Shown here one piece after another: positions 36,910-46,585 of a stretch of 64,000 nt of DNA. How positions within the stretch are numbered: the stretch's first letter is position 1; each line of letters begins with the position of its first letter. The notes below the pieces were generated by a model that was not told where the DNA came from, made no database searches, and saw only the letters and a list, made by a program, of their open reading frames with translations. Made by a program: the position numbers and the translations under genes. Source of the DNA: Chitinophagales bacterium (GTDB taxonomy: Bacteria > Bacteroidota > Bacteroidia > Chitinophagales > CAIODY01); the NCBI GenBank assembly GCA_947449695.1, contig CANFST010000008.1:862-64861 (forward strand). Reading direction: 5' to 3'.

Positions 36910-37665
36910 TTATTTTTTGAAAGGGGAAATAAATGTTTCTGTAAAACGAATAATGATGGAAATTTTTAAAACTTCCCAAAACATTTTAAAAGAATCTGTG
37001 AAAACATTCACATGGCTATCATCCACATTTTTCCAAGTTAATGGCATTTCATTTATTTTAATTCCTTGTAAATCGGCTTTGTACAATACTTCCACGTCAT
37101 GTGCCCAACCATAGGTTTTCAAATCGCTGAAAACATTTTTTGCTATCTCACTTCGATATAATTTGAAACCGCATTGTGTATCATCCAATTCAAGCGAAGT
37201 GAAAATCTTTACGAAGAAATTAAAAATTGTTCCTGAAATTCTGCGAAATGGTAATGCAGTAATTTTTGAATTTTTATCTGTTCTGTTCCCAATAAAAATT
37301 TCATTGCTCTTCAACACATTTTTATTCAACTTTTGCCAATCTAAAATATCGCTTGGCAAAGCACTCATATCAGCATCAAGTGTCAAAATAAAATCGCCCG
37401 AAGCTGCTTCAATGCCATGTTTCAAAGCACCGCCTTTGCCTGTGTTTTGTTGTGAAATGAGTTGAGTTTTATTTTTTAAAATTGAAAAAGTGCCATTCAA
37501 TTCTGATTCAATTTTTTTTACTGAATCATCTTTGCTGCCATCATCTACAATAATTATTTCGTAGGCTTGATTAAATTTTGTATCAAAATCCAACAATCCA
37601 TTCATCATCAAATCAATTCGTTTTGATTCGTTGTAGCAAGGAATTATGAGACTTAAAATAGCCAT
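36910..37665 (-). CDS. GT2 family glycosyltransferase, polyprenyl-phosphate sugar synthase-like (Alg5/DPM1/GtrB/ArnC type)
   Basis: LSLIIPCYNESKRI, IIIVDDGSKDDS, NTGKGGALKHGIEAASGDFILTLDADMS (DxD) and FKLYRSE are present. Short single-domain GT2 of 251 aa. Confidence 0.8.
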   Translation of the reverse strand: MAILSLIIPCYNESKRIDLMMNGLLDFDTKFNQAYEIIIVDDGSKDDSVKKIESELNGTFSILKNKTQLISQQNTGKGGALKHGIEAASGDFILTLDADMSALPSDILDWQKLNKNVLKSNEIFIGNRTDKNSKITALPFRRISGTIFNFFVKIFTSLELDDTQCGFKLYRSEIAKNVFSDLKTYGWAHDVEVLYKADLQGIKINEMPLTWKNVDDSHVNVFTDSFKMFWEVLKISIIIRFTETFISPFKK

Positions 37666-37683
37666 GAATTGAGGATTACAGAA

Positions 37684-38382
37684 TTAATTTTCAACTTTTC
37701 CAATATATACCCAATCACCCCAAATATTTTTGCACTCGTATTTTTTCATTTTTATTTCTTGTTGCAAATATTCTTTGATGGGGTAGAAATTGATATGCAT
37801 GTCCATCGTGTAGTAATAATATTTTTGACAAGGTGTAACAATCATCACTTGGTTTTTGGCAACACGTTTTAATTCTTCAATGGCAGGTTTTGGATTGATT
37901 AAATGTTCAATAGTGTGATGACAAGTAACAATGTCGAAACTCTTGTCAGGAAAAGGCAAACGCTCAATATTACCTTTCACATAGTTGCCTTTAGTAAGTT
38001 TCACTTCGTCATACATATCTAATCCCGTTACTTCCAAATTTGTTTTTTCAGAAACTGTATTTAACCAAAACCCACGTCCGCATCCTACGTCCAACAAGGT
38101 TTTAGCTTCAGGCGAAAAATTTTTAATCATAAAATCAATCGAAGGTTGATTCATGTCAGTTGGTCGGTCAGTAGCCATGCAATCCAGCTCCCGATAGGCT
38201 GTCGCGTATTCTTCATCTTTCATGTCATACACTTTACTTTTGAAATCCATATAGAAATCAACTTTCTTTCCTTTGTACCAAATGTAAAAGAAAGGGTACA
38301 TAAACCATCTACTATCACGTATTACAGGCGGAATGCATTCATCTAAAATATATCGAATGGTATTTGTTATTGAACGATTCAT
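37684..38382 (-). CDS. Class I SAM-dependent methyltransferase
   Basis: Motif I is LLDVGCGRGFW. A post-I acidic residue is in VTGLDMY. FDIVTCHHTIEHL matches the Methyltransf_11-type pattern. Confidence 0.8.
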   Translation of the reverse strand: MNRSITNTIRYILDECIPPVIRDSRWFMYPFFYIWYKGKKVDFYMDFKSKVYDMKDEEYATAYRELDCMATDRPTDMNQPSIDFMIKNFSPEAKTLLDVGCGRGFWLNTVSEKTNLEVTGLDMYDEVKLTKGNYVKGNIERLPFPDKSFDIVTCHHTIEHLINPKPAIEELKRVAKNQVMIVTPCQKYYYYTMDMHINFYPIKEYLQQEIKMKKYECKNIWGDWVYIGKVEN

Positions 38383-38424
38383 TGTGTATTTAAAAATAAT
38401 TTGTGTGAAAATAATGCAAACAAC

Positions 38425-39618
38425 TCAATTGACGTAATCTCTCAAATATTCATATGTTGATGTTAAATCACCACCTTCAGCAATGGTAGCTCTTTGCAGA
38501 AGTTCAGTTTTCCCTTCTAATATTTCGGGCAAAACATTTTTTGTAAACTGTACTCCAAAAAAATCTGAGGCATCACGTGGCAATTCGTTTGGTAAATTAT
38601 CTACAGCCATAATATCTACCATGCCAGGTTTGAATGGTTTTGTTTTTTCAAATGTTTTAGGATCGAATCCATAAGTTGGGTCATCAATGGAGGTTGCCTC
38701 TAAATTGCATGGAATTGAACCATTCACATCGCAGGTAATATCAGCAATCACTTGAAGATTAAAATCGGCTTTACGCATTTCTTCCAATGTAAAAAATGGC
38801 GCAATTCCTTTTTGCCAATAAACCCCATTTAGCATTACATCTGCGGCTTTATAATATTTTGCAAAATCGCAATAATAATTTGTCGGGTTGTTTCGGAAAT
38901 CTTTTCGGTGATAAACATGTGTATCTTTATGTTTATATAAATCTTCAGCAATCAATTCGCAATAAACCGGATATTCAAACTCTTTTGTGGTGAAATCATC
39001 TTTGCTAACTCGTTTGATATCAAACATATTCATCGTTTCTTGCACACCTGTGCTCACTCTGCCATTACCAGTTGATACAATTTTAATATTAGGTAATTTC
39101 ACTTCAAAATATTGTCGAATCACTTCTCTAAAATCTTTAAATTTATGAACGGGTGGTAAATTAAAATTACCAGTTTTTTTTCCGTAAGTTAGTAATCCAT
39201 TATGAGCTCCTACAATTCCGGCAAAAAAACCAAAACCCAACACCCTTTGTCCATCGCTGTAAGTAAGACATTCGTAATCGATTAATCTTATTTTTTTTTC
39301 AATAATCGTTTGTAAAAGCTTTTTATTGTGAGGTTGTTTCTTTTTTGTGTGTGAAAAAAAGCAATAAGTTTTGTTGGCGATTAATTCATCAATCGGAACT
39401 TCTTTTATTCCTAATAAAATATTACAATCACTTAAATCAGTTTGAAGCGTTATTCCTGCTTCTAAATATTCACTATCATTATAACATCGAATAGGAGAGG
39501 GTTGTACAACTAGTTCAACAGAAGGATTTTTACGCAATATTACTTTGCATTGGTGCGGACTTAAAGCGACTCTATTGTCTGGTGGATTTTTTCCTTCTTT
39601 TAATACGCCGATTTTCAT
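38425..39618 (-). CDS. AlaDH/PNT-family NAD-dependent dehydrogenase, saccharopine dehydrogenase (lysine-forming)/LKR-like
   Basis: MKIGVLKEGKNPPDNRVALSP, LGIKEVP, FFSHTKKKQPHNKKLL, the nucleotide-binding stretch IVSTGNGRVSTG, and DITCDVNGSIP. Confidence 0.6.
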   Translation of the reverse strand: MKIGVLKEGKNPPDNRVALSPHQCKVILRKNPSVELVVQPSPIRCYNDSEYLEAGITLQTDLSDCNILLGIKEVPIDELIANKTYCFFSHTKKKQPHNKKLLQTIIEKKIRLIDYECLTYSDGQRVLGFGFFAGIVGAHNGLLTYGKKTGNFNLPPVHKFKDFREVIRQYFEVKLPNIKIVSTGNGRVSTGVQETMNMFDIKRVSKDDFTTKEFEYPVYCELIAEDLYKHKDTHVYHRKDFRNNPTNYYCDFAKYYKAADVMLNGVYWQKGIAPFFTLEEMRKADFNLQVIADITCDVNGSIPCNLEATSIDDPTYGFDPKTFEKTKPFKPGMVDIMAVDNLPNELPRDASDFFGVQFTKNVLPEILEGKTELLQRATIAEGGDLTSTYEYLRDYVN

Positions 39619-39858
39619 TTTTCAATTTTTTGCAAAGAAAACAAACAAATTTTTAACATTGAAGTGATACGTGATTTATCCAATACTTAATTTTAGTTCA
39701 TTGTTGTTTAAGCAATGTATATGAATTCAAAACAAAAAATACTAGGTACATGAAAAATGAAATTCCGTTTATTCAATAATATTTAATGCCCACCAAATTA
39801 TCTTTTGCTAACCAACCTTGAAATAAGCTCACAAAGCCGCCTCCCATAATTATCATGA

Positions 39859-41661
39859 TTAATGTGCCTCTTGAGTAGTATCATAATCAATTCCTTTTTT
39901 CTTGAGCATAATTTTCACGATGAAAGCAAAGAAAGCCAAATAAGCAAAACAAATCACCGCTACCCAATAAGATTGATGAATGCCTATTCCAACTTCATTT
40001 GGATGCGATGTTTGAATCATGTCAGCAAATTTTCCTTGTAAAGGTGGAATTACAGAACCACCTAAGATCATCATGATTAAAAACGCTGCGCCTTGTGTGG
40101 TGTATTTTCCAAGTCCTGCCAAAGACAAAGAAAAAATGCAAGGCCACATAATTGAGCAAAATAATCCACCACTTAAAAAGGCGTACACGGCTGTTTTTCC
40201 AGTTGTAAATTCTCCAACTAACATGGCTGCCACTCCCAACAAACTAAATACCAGCAAAGTTTTCACTGGTTTTTCTTGAGTAAAATAAAATGCAGCAATT
40301 TGAACGAAAACACAAACCACATACATGTAAAGCGGTGTCATATCTTTTTGTGCAATTGTGTTCACACCAATCACAACACCAAAAGCAATGAGCGGAATGA
40401 TGAACAATAAAATTTGTTTCAAACTTCGTGAAGGGCTAAAAACATTAATGGCGCCTGCCCATCTGCCAATCATTAAACTTCCCCAATACATCGAAATGAA
40501 TGGCGCAATTTGTGAGGATTGATAACCGCCAAATTGTTTTTGTTTCAACAATTCACCCAAATTACTTCCAATAGCTACTTCAACTCCTACGTAAATAAAA
40601 ATGGCAATCATGCCTAAAATCAAATGTGGATATTGCATCGCTCCCCAACCTGTTGGATTTTTTGAAGCCATAAATCCTGACAACAACAAACCGATGAAAA
40701 TCACTGCCAATGCAGCTAACAAGCATTTAGTACGGAAATTTTCAAGAGGAATTTTGATTGTATTCATTTCAGCTTCCCAATTTTTTTTATCAAGCATCAC
40801 AGAATAAGAACCATCACCGCCAGGATATTCTTTGGATGGTGTTGTGATACATTTTTCAAGATACTTATCACAATTTTCAATTTTCAATTTCAAATTTTCA
40901 ATTTTCTTCGCTTCTTCACTTCCATAACTTCTGAAAATCGGCACATAACAAGCAGTTAATAACACCGTGATAAAAATCAATGCCCACAATGCTTTCGAAG
41001 CGTTCTCTTGTTTTTCTAAAACAGCATCGTTTTTAATATTTTTTGAAAAATGAAACAAAGCCGCTGCCGCCAAGAACAAAGCACCAACACAGGAGTACAA
41101 AATATTTACTTTGCCCAAACTCAATGATTGAATTTGTGCATCCGAAATTTCGGATGTTGTACCAAACAACGCCAAACCCACAACAATAGGTCCAATCGCT
41201 GTTCCGAAAGAATTGATACTTCCACCCAAACTAATTCGATGCGAACCAGTTGCAGCATCGCCCAATGAAATGGCGAATGGATTGGCAGCAGTTTGTTGCA
41301 ATGAAAATCCTAAAGCAACAATGAATAACCCTAATAACATTCCACCAAATGAATTCATGTTCACAGCTACAATCATCGTTCCAGCACCAATTGCGCTGAA
41401 TAATAAACCATAAACGATACTTTTTTTATAACCCCATTTCGCTACTAAATCAGCTCCGCCAAAGCTTCCGTAAGCAAATAATCCTAACGCACCAACAAAG
41501 TATGCTAAGTAAAATGCAAAGTCAATGAGCTGACTTTGAAATTGGTCTAACGAAAAATAATGTTTGCAAAACGGAATGAAAACGCTGTTGCCTGCAGCAA
41601 TGAATCCCCAGAAAAAAAACACGGTAACAAGCGTTGCTAAACTTTTATAGTTGGTTGGCAT
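39859..41661 (-). CDS. MFS sugar transporter of the FucP/GluP (FHS) type with an inserted two-helix plus loop module
   Basis: [22 protein letters not shown] and [13 protein letters not shown] are FHS-like. The protein is 600 aa from Met38 of the track ORF. Using the track start would overlap the divergent gene at 41755. Confidence 0.7.
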   Translation of the reverse strand: MPTNYKSLATLVTVFFFWGFIAAGNSVFIPFCKHYFSLDQFQSQLIDFAFYLAYFVGALGLFAYGSFGGADLVAKWGYKKSIVYGLLFSAIGAGTMIVAVNMNSFGGMLLGLFIVALGFSLQQTAANPFAISLGDAATGSHRISLGGSINSFGTAIGPIVVGLALFGTTSEISDAQIQSLSLGKVNILYSCVGALFLAAAALFHFSKNIKNDAVLEKQENASKALWALIFITVLLTACYVPIFRSYGSEEAKKIENLKLKIENCDKYLEKCITTPSKEYPGGDGSYSVMLDKKNWEAEMNTIKIPLENFRTKCLLAALAVIFIGLLLSGFMASKNPTGWGAMQYPHLILGMIAIFIYVGVEVAIGSNLGELLKQKQFGGYQSSQIAPFISMYWGSLMIGRWAGAINVFSPSRSLKQILLFIIPLIAFGVVIGVNTIAQKDMTPLYMYVVCVFVQIAAFYFTQEKPVKTLLVFSLLGVAAMLVGEFTTGKTAVYAFLSGGLFCSIMWPCIFSLSLAGLGKYTTQGAAFLIMMILGGSVIPPLQGKFADMIQTSHPNEVGIGIHQSYWVAVICFAYLAFFAFIVKIMLKKKGIDYDTTQEAH

Positions 41662-41741
41662 GTTTAAAATTATTTTTTTTCCAAGATAGATTTTTGTTTT
41701 AAAACTGAAAACATTTTTCATCAACATCTGTTTGCTTAAAT

Positions 41742-41749
41742 TACTTTTG
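41742..41749 (+). promoter_or_regulatory. Candidate -7 promoter box (TAnnTTTG) only 5 nt upstream of the MoeB/ThiF start codon
   Basis: TACTTTTG is at 41742-41749 and the ATG is at 41755. Confidence 0.3.
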
Positions 41750-41754
41750 CATAG

Positions 41755-42849
41755 ATGAATTTCAATCCACAAAAATTTTCACGACAAATAATTTTACCTG
41801 AATTTGGTTTAGCTGCTCAACAAAAATTAGCTGATGCAAAAGTTTTGATTGTTGGTGCTGGTGGCTTAGGGTGCCCTGTTATTCAATATTTGTCGGCTGT
41901 TGGTATTGGTACAATTGGCATTGCGGAAAATGATTTGGTTAATGTTTCAAATTTGCCTCGACAAATTTTATATGATGAATCGCAAGTTGGAATTGCAAAA
42001 GCAGAAGCGATAAAAAATAGATTTTCCATTCGCTATTCACAATTCACTTTTCATAATGCTTTATCAAAAGAAAATATTTTAGAGATTGTAAAAAACTACG
42101 AAGTGATTGTTGACACTACAGACAATTTTTCAACCAGATATTTAGTGAATGATGCTTGTGTTTTGTTAGATAAAATTTTGGTGAGTGCCTCTATTCATCA
42201 GTTTAACGGGCAATTGAGTGTGTTTAATTTTCCATTGCAAAATGGTGAATGCAGTGCTACTTATCGTTGCTTATTTCCCGAAGCACCTATTGAAAGCTCG
42301 AATTGTGCTGAAGCTGGTGTATTAAGCACTGTGGCAGGTGTGATGGGTACTTTGCAAGCGCATGAGGTAGTAAAAGTGATTACTGGCATTGGTGAAATTT
42401 TGTACAACAAATTATTGTTGTGGAATGGAAAAACCATGCAACAGAGCATTTTGAATTTTGAAAAAAATAAGGCTGAAGTAGAATTAATAAAAGCAAATGG
42501 ATTGGCAAATGATTATTCAATAAGTAGTTTTTGTAGCGATGAAATATTGATTGATATTGATGTACAGCAATTGAAAGAGAAAATAAAGCAGCAGGAAAAA
42601 TTTCAATTGATTGATGTTAGAGAGGAATTTGAACACAATGAATTTAATATCGGTGGTGACTGGATACAGATGAATGATTTATTAAAAAAGCCCGAAAAAA
42701 TTTCGACCACCCTCCCTGTTATTCTTTATTGTAAAAAAGGAGAGCGCAGCAAAATTGCACAACAACGTTTAATTTACAAGTTCGGATTTAATAATATTTT
42801 TAACCTTAAAGGTGGAACAGATGCCTGGAGAAACTTTAATAAGAAATGA
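41755..42849 (+). CDS. MoeB/ThiF-family adenylyltransferase fused to a C-terminal rhodanese domain
   Basis: [22 protein letters not shown] is the nucleotide-binding motif and NLPRQILY follows it. The rhodanese active-site loop is [10 protein letters not shown]. Confidence 0.8.
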   Translation: MNFNPQKFSRQIILPEFGLAAQQKLADAKVLIVGAGGLGCPVIQYLSAVGIGTIGIAENDLVNVSNLPRQILYDESQVGIAKAEAIKNRFSIRYSQFTFHNALSKENILEIVKNYEVIVDTTDNFSTRYLVNDACVLLDKILVSASIHQFNGQLSVFNFPLQNGECSATYRCLFPEAPIESSNCAEAGVLSTVAGVMGTLQAHEVVKVITGIGEILYNKLLLWNGKTMQQSILNFEKNKAEVELIKANGLANDYSISSFCSDEILIDIDVQQLKEKIKQQEKFQLIDVREEFEHNEFNIGGDWIQMNDLLKKPEKISTTLPVILYCKKGERSKIAQQRLIYKFGFNNIFNLKGGTDAWRNFNKK

Positions 42850-44531
42850 AAGAATTAAAATCCTTATTAAAATATTTTAATAACTATAAATGGCTGCTTA
42901 TAGCAGGGTTGGTTTGTATTGTGCTCCAAAATATTTTTCAGATTTTTATTCCCATTAGCGTTCGTTCAGGATTGAATGGGGTAGTGGAATACTTGAAAAA
43001 TTCTAATAAAAATTCTGCTCCAATTTCGTCATTTGTAATTTGGAACGTATTTACAATTATTGGTTTGGCGTTGGTTCGTGGCATATTCATGTTTTTAATG
43101 CGGCAAACAATTATTGTCATGTCAAGGCGGATTGAATTTGATCAACGCAATGATATTTATAATCATTATCAATCGCTTGATACGAAATTTTATAAAAAAA
43201 ATAGAACTGGTGATCTAATGGCAAGGCTTACTGAAGATGTAAGCAGGGTTAGGAATTTTATTGGTCCGGCATTGATGTACGCAATCAATTTGATTATTTT
43301 GATTTTTCTAGTAGTGTATTTTATGTTTCATGTAAATGCTGAATTGGCTTTATTTACGCTGCTTCCATTGCCGGTGCTGTCTTTGTCGGTTTATTTTGTA
43401 AATCAAATAATTAATAATCGAAGTACAAAAATCCAAGCTCAGCTTTCAACATTAACTACAATTAGTCAGGAAACTTTTAGTGGTATCAGAGTTATTCAAT
43501 CGTTTGTACAAGAAAAATCAGTTGAACAACATTTTAAAAATGAAGCTGCCGAATACAAAAAATTATCTCTTTCTTTAGCCAAAGTAGAAGCTGTTTATTT
43601 TCCTTTTGTTGGTTTGTTGATTGGCTTAAGCACCATCATTGTTATTTGGAAAGGAGGAATTTTGGTAGGTGAGCGAAAAATAAGTGTGGGCAATATTGCT
43701 GAATTCGTATTGTATGTGAATATGTTGGTTTGGCCTGTTACTTCATTGGGTTGGGTGGCAAGTATCATTCAACGTGCAGTGGTATCGCAAAAACGTATTA
43801 ATGAATTTTTAAACATAAAATCGGCAATAATCAATAGTTCAGAGCCATTAACAAAAAGCATCAATGGTGAAATTGAATTTAAGAATGTTTCGCTCACCTA
43901 TGAAAATACGGGCATACAGGCGATTAAAAATTTGAGTTTTAAAATTAATGCTGGCGAACGAATTGCTATTATAGGAAAAAACGGAATCGGTAAAACAACT
44001 ATTGCGCAGCTGCTTACAAGAATGTTGGATGCTTCAGAAGGAGAAATTCTGATAGATGGAATCAATATTAAAAATTGGGATTTAAAATCGTTTCGCTCTC
44101 AAATTGGTTATGTGCCACAGGATGTATTTTTATTTAGCGACACTGTAAAATCAAATATTCTATTTGGTACCGATGAAAAAAAATCTGATGAAGTAATCAC
44201 CAAATTTGCAAAATATGCTGCTATTGATAATGAAATAAAAAGGCTGCAAGATGGCTATTATACAGTTATTGGTGAACGTGGTGTAACATTAAGTGGTGGG
44301 CAAAAGCAACGTATCTCAATTGCCCGTGCATTAATTAAAGAACCAAAAATTTTGTTGCTTGATGATTGTCTTTCTGCGGTAGATAATACCACCGAGGCTC
44401 AACTAATGAATAATTTTCAAAACTTATTCAAAGATAAAACTGTGATTAATATTACACACCGTTTAGCTCATTTAGACCTTTATGACAAAGTTTTGGAAAT
44501 GAATGAAAACGGATTTGTTATAAAAAAATAA
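42846..44531 (+). CDS. ABC exporter, fused permease/ATPase (MsbA-like half transporter)
   Basis: N-terminal six-TM domain. Walker A GKNGIGKTT, signature LSGGQKQRISIARAL, Walker B ILLLDD. Confidence 0.85.
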   Translation: MKELKSLLKYFNNYKWLLIAGLVCIVLQNIFQIFIPISVRSGLNGVVEYLKNSNKNSAPISSFVIWNVFTIIGLALVRGIFMFLMRQTIIVMSRRIEFDQRNDIYNHYQSLDTKFYKKNRTGDLMARLTEDVSRVRNFIGPALMYAINLIILIFLVVYFMFHVNAELALFTLLPLPVLSLSVYFVNQIINNRSTKIQAQLSTLTTISQETFSGIRVIQSFVQEKSVEQHFKNEAAEYKKLSLSLAKVEAVYFPFVGLLIGLSTIIVIWKGGILVGERKISVGNIAEFVLYVNMLVWPVTSLGWVASIIQRAVVSQKRINEFLNIKSAIINSSEPLTKSINGEIEFKNVSLTYENTGIQAIKNLSFKINAGERIAIIGKNGIGKTTIAQLLTRMLDASEGEILIDGINIKNWDLKSFRSQIGYVPQDVFLFSDTVKSNILFGTDEKKSDEVITKFAKYAAIDNEIKRLQDGYYTVIGERGVTLSGGQKQRISIARALIKEPKILLLDDCLSAVDNTTEAQLMNNFQNLFKDKTVINITHRLAHLDLYDKVLEMNENGFVIKK

Positions 44532-44538
44532 TGCGATT

Positions 44539-45174
44539 ATGAATTTCAATAATGAAATAATTTTGAAGTTAGTTTTATCTATTGTGATTGGCAGCGCAAT
44601 TGGTTTAGAACGTGAATTCCGAAGCAAATCAGCTGGCTTTCGTACATTGATTTTAGTTTGTTTAGGCGCAACATTATTCACCATTTTTTCAAAAATAATT
44701 GGCGGCGTAAATCCAGATAGAATTGCGGCTAACTTGGTGGTGGGTATAGGTTTTTTAGGTGCTGGTGTAATTTTCAAAGCCGAAGGAAATATTGTGATTG
44801 GCATCACCACTGCTGCTTCGATGTGGGTAACAGCCGCATTGGGCATGGCTTTGGGCGAAGGCAGTTATTTAATTGCGTTAATTGGATGTGGAATGGTTTT
44901 AACAGTTTTGATGATTTTTCAATTGTTTGAAAGATATTTCGACCGATTGAATCAAATGAGAAATTACAAAATCACATACCCATTTGATGCAAAAGATTTT
45001 TTGAGTTACGAATTAATTTTCAAGAAACATCATTTAAAAATTTTGACTCGTAACCACAAGAAATCAGGGAATTCTACCACTGGTTATTGGACAGTTCTTG
45101 GCAACGAAAAACATCATCATCAATTTATTGAACACATTTTGAAAGATGGAAGTGTGAGTGAATTTGAGTTCTAA
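44539..45174 (+). CDS. MgtC/SapB family membrane protein
   Basis: ILKLVLSIVIGSAIGLEREFRSKSAGFRTLILVCLGATLFT and GIGFLGAGVIF are present, followed by TTAASMWVTAALGMALG. Confidence 0.8.
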   Translation: MNFNNEIILKLVLSIVIGSAIGLEREFRSKSAGFRTLILVCLGATLFTIFSKIIGGVNPDRIAANLVVGIGFLGAGVIFKAEGNIVIGITTAASMWVTAALGMALGEGSYLIALIGCGMVLTVLMIFQLFERYFDRLNQMRNYKITYPFDAKDFLSYELIFKKHHLKILTRNHKKSGNSTTGYWTVLGNEKHHHQFIEHILKDGSVSEFEF

Positions 45175-45246
45175 TCATTATTCTTCTCTTTACCTACCTT
45201 TATTTACTACTTACCGAAAATCATTTTTAAACGAACGTTTAATTTT

Positions 45247-45254
45247 TACCTTTG
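45247..45254 (+). promoter_or_regulatory. Candidate -7 promoter box (TAnnTTTG) for the TolC-adaptor-permease-ATPase operon
   Basis: TACCTTTG lies 18 nt upstream of the ATG at 45273. Confidence 0.35.
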
Positions 45255-45272
45255 CGTTTCAATTTTCAAAGT

Positions 45273-46583
45273 ATGCGGAAATATTTGCTGCTTGTTTTTA
45301 TCGGAATTTCATTTTATGCCAATGCTCAAAACACACTGTCATTCAATAGTTTGAACGATTTGTTGAATTACGCCGATAAAAATTCTTACACTTTTAAAAA
45401 TGCCAACGAACAAACTTTGTTGGCAAAATATACACTATTGGCTGCGGAATGGGGCGTTGTGAATTTAACCGGGAATGCCAATTTAACTTTTACTGATAAC
45501 ACTAAAATCCAAACTTCCTTTTTACCTGCCGAAATTTTTGGAGGACCATCTGGCACTTTTAAACCAGTGAAATTTGGATTGCAGTATGTTAGTAATTTGG
45601 GCATCACACCTCAATTTGATGTGATTAATCCTGCATTGCTTACTCGAATAAAAGTGGCAAAAGCAAATGAAAATTTAGTGGCGGTAAATAATTTGTTGAA
45701 CAAAAAATCGCTCTACGAAAGCGTTTCTGCTTGTTATTATAATATCATGTCGTATCAATCACAAATTGAAATCACCCAAAAAAGTTTGGCAAATACAGAT
45801 ACTTTGGTTCAAATTTTTACTAACAAACGAAAAGAAGGCATCATACGAATTCAAGATTTGAACAGCATTGTAGCCAATCAACTGACTTTGAAAGATAAAT
45901 TGCAACAACTGCAAGCACAATTACAAACGCAATTCATTAGCCTGAAACTATTGTGTGATATAGCTTCTAATACCAACATAGAAATTAAGAATGAGGCAAA
46001 GGAAGTTGATAATTTCAATGCTGATTTAGAAGCAAAAGGAAGTTTGGTGGCGCAACAAACTTTTTGGCAACATCAATATCAACTAAAAACTTTGAGAATG
46101 GATGAGTTGTGGTTTGCGCCAACTGTAAGTCTGATAGGCAATGCAGGCTGGTCGCAAAACACCAACAATCATTTTTTAGACGGCACAAAAATTTATTCTA
46201 CCAACTATGTGGGCTTGAAAATGTTGATGCCGATTGTTCCCGATGTGAATAAAATTGCTGCGGTAAAATATGATAGAGTGAATTTGCAAATTGCTCGAAA
46301 CAACTGGAATCATGCGGCTTTGCAGGATAGCTTGAACAATAATCAGTTGAAAGTGGATTATCAAAAATCGTTCAACAGTTATCAATTAAACAAGCAAATT
46401 GAAAATTTGAAACAGGATATTTATTTCAAAAATTTGAACATTTATAAAGAAGGTGTTTTGTCGTCAACTGATTTATTAAACTCGTTTAACGATTGGTTGA
46501 ATAGTAGCTTGAACAGAGCCATGCAAGCGGCAAATAGCGAATTTGCGAAATCAAAAATTATTATCAACAACACAATTAAATAA
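45273..46583 (+). CDS. TolC-family outer membrane efflux protein
   Basis: Signal peptide MRKYLLLVFIGISFYANAQ. The body is two-fold repeated helical/beta (Gln/Leu/Asn-rich coiled segments) of about 435 aa. It is the first gene of an efflux operon. Confidence 0.7.
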   Translation: MRKYLLLVFIGISFYANAQNTLSFNSLNDLLNYADKNSYTFKNANEQTLLAKYTLLAAEWGVVNLTGNANLTFTDNTKIQTSFLPAEIFGGPSGTFKPVKFGLQYVSNLGITPQFDVINPALLTRIKVAKANENLVAVNNLLNKKSLYESVSACYYNIMSYQSQIEITQKSLANTDTLVQIFTNKRKEGIIRIQDLNSIVANQLTLKDKLQQLQAQLQTQFISLKLLCDIASNTNIEIKNEAKEVDNFNADLEAKGSLVAQQTFWQHQYQLKTLRMDELWFAPTVSLIGNAGWSQNTNNHFLDGTKIYSTNYVGLKMLMPIVPDVNKIAAVKYDRVNLQIARNNWNHAALQDSLNNNQLKVDYQKSFNSYQLNKQIENLKQDIYFKNLNIYKEGVLSSTDLLNSFNDWLNSSLNRAMQAANSEFAKSKIIINNTIK

Positions 46584-46585
46584 GC

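Noticed and set aside
39773-39856. A 27-codon ORF (MIIMGGGFVSLFQGWLAKDNLVGIKYY) starting 3 nt after the MFS transporter stop on the minus strand
   Set aside because: It is too short to evaluate, has no recognisable motif, and ORFs of this size are expected by chance. It is kept only as a note in case ribosome profiling data exist.
41662-41772. N-terminal extensions of track ORFs: MFS 41662-41772, aroK 8486-8566, porU 8458-8475, M48 3593-3622, tolC 45252-45272, lipoprotein 50439-50474, tpiA 60014-60037, porP 60197-60349, M23 29781-29903
   Set aside because: In each case an internal Met begins a textbook signal peptide or the conserved family N-terminus. The extension is non-conserved-looking, and for the MFS gene it would overlap the divergent MoeB gene. 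These are most likely stop-to-start artefacts of ORF calling.
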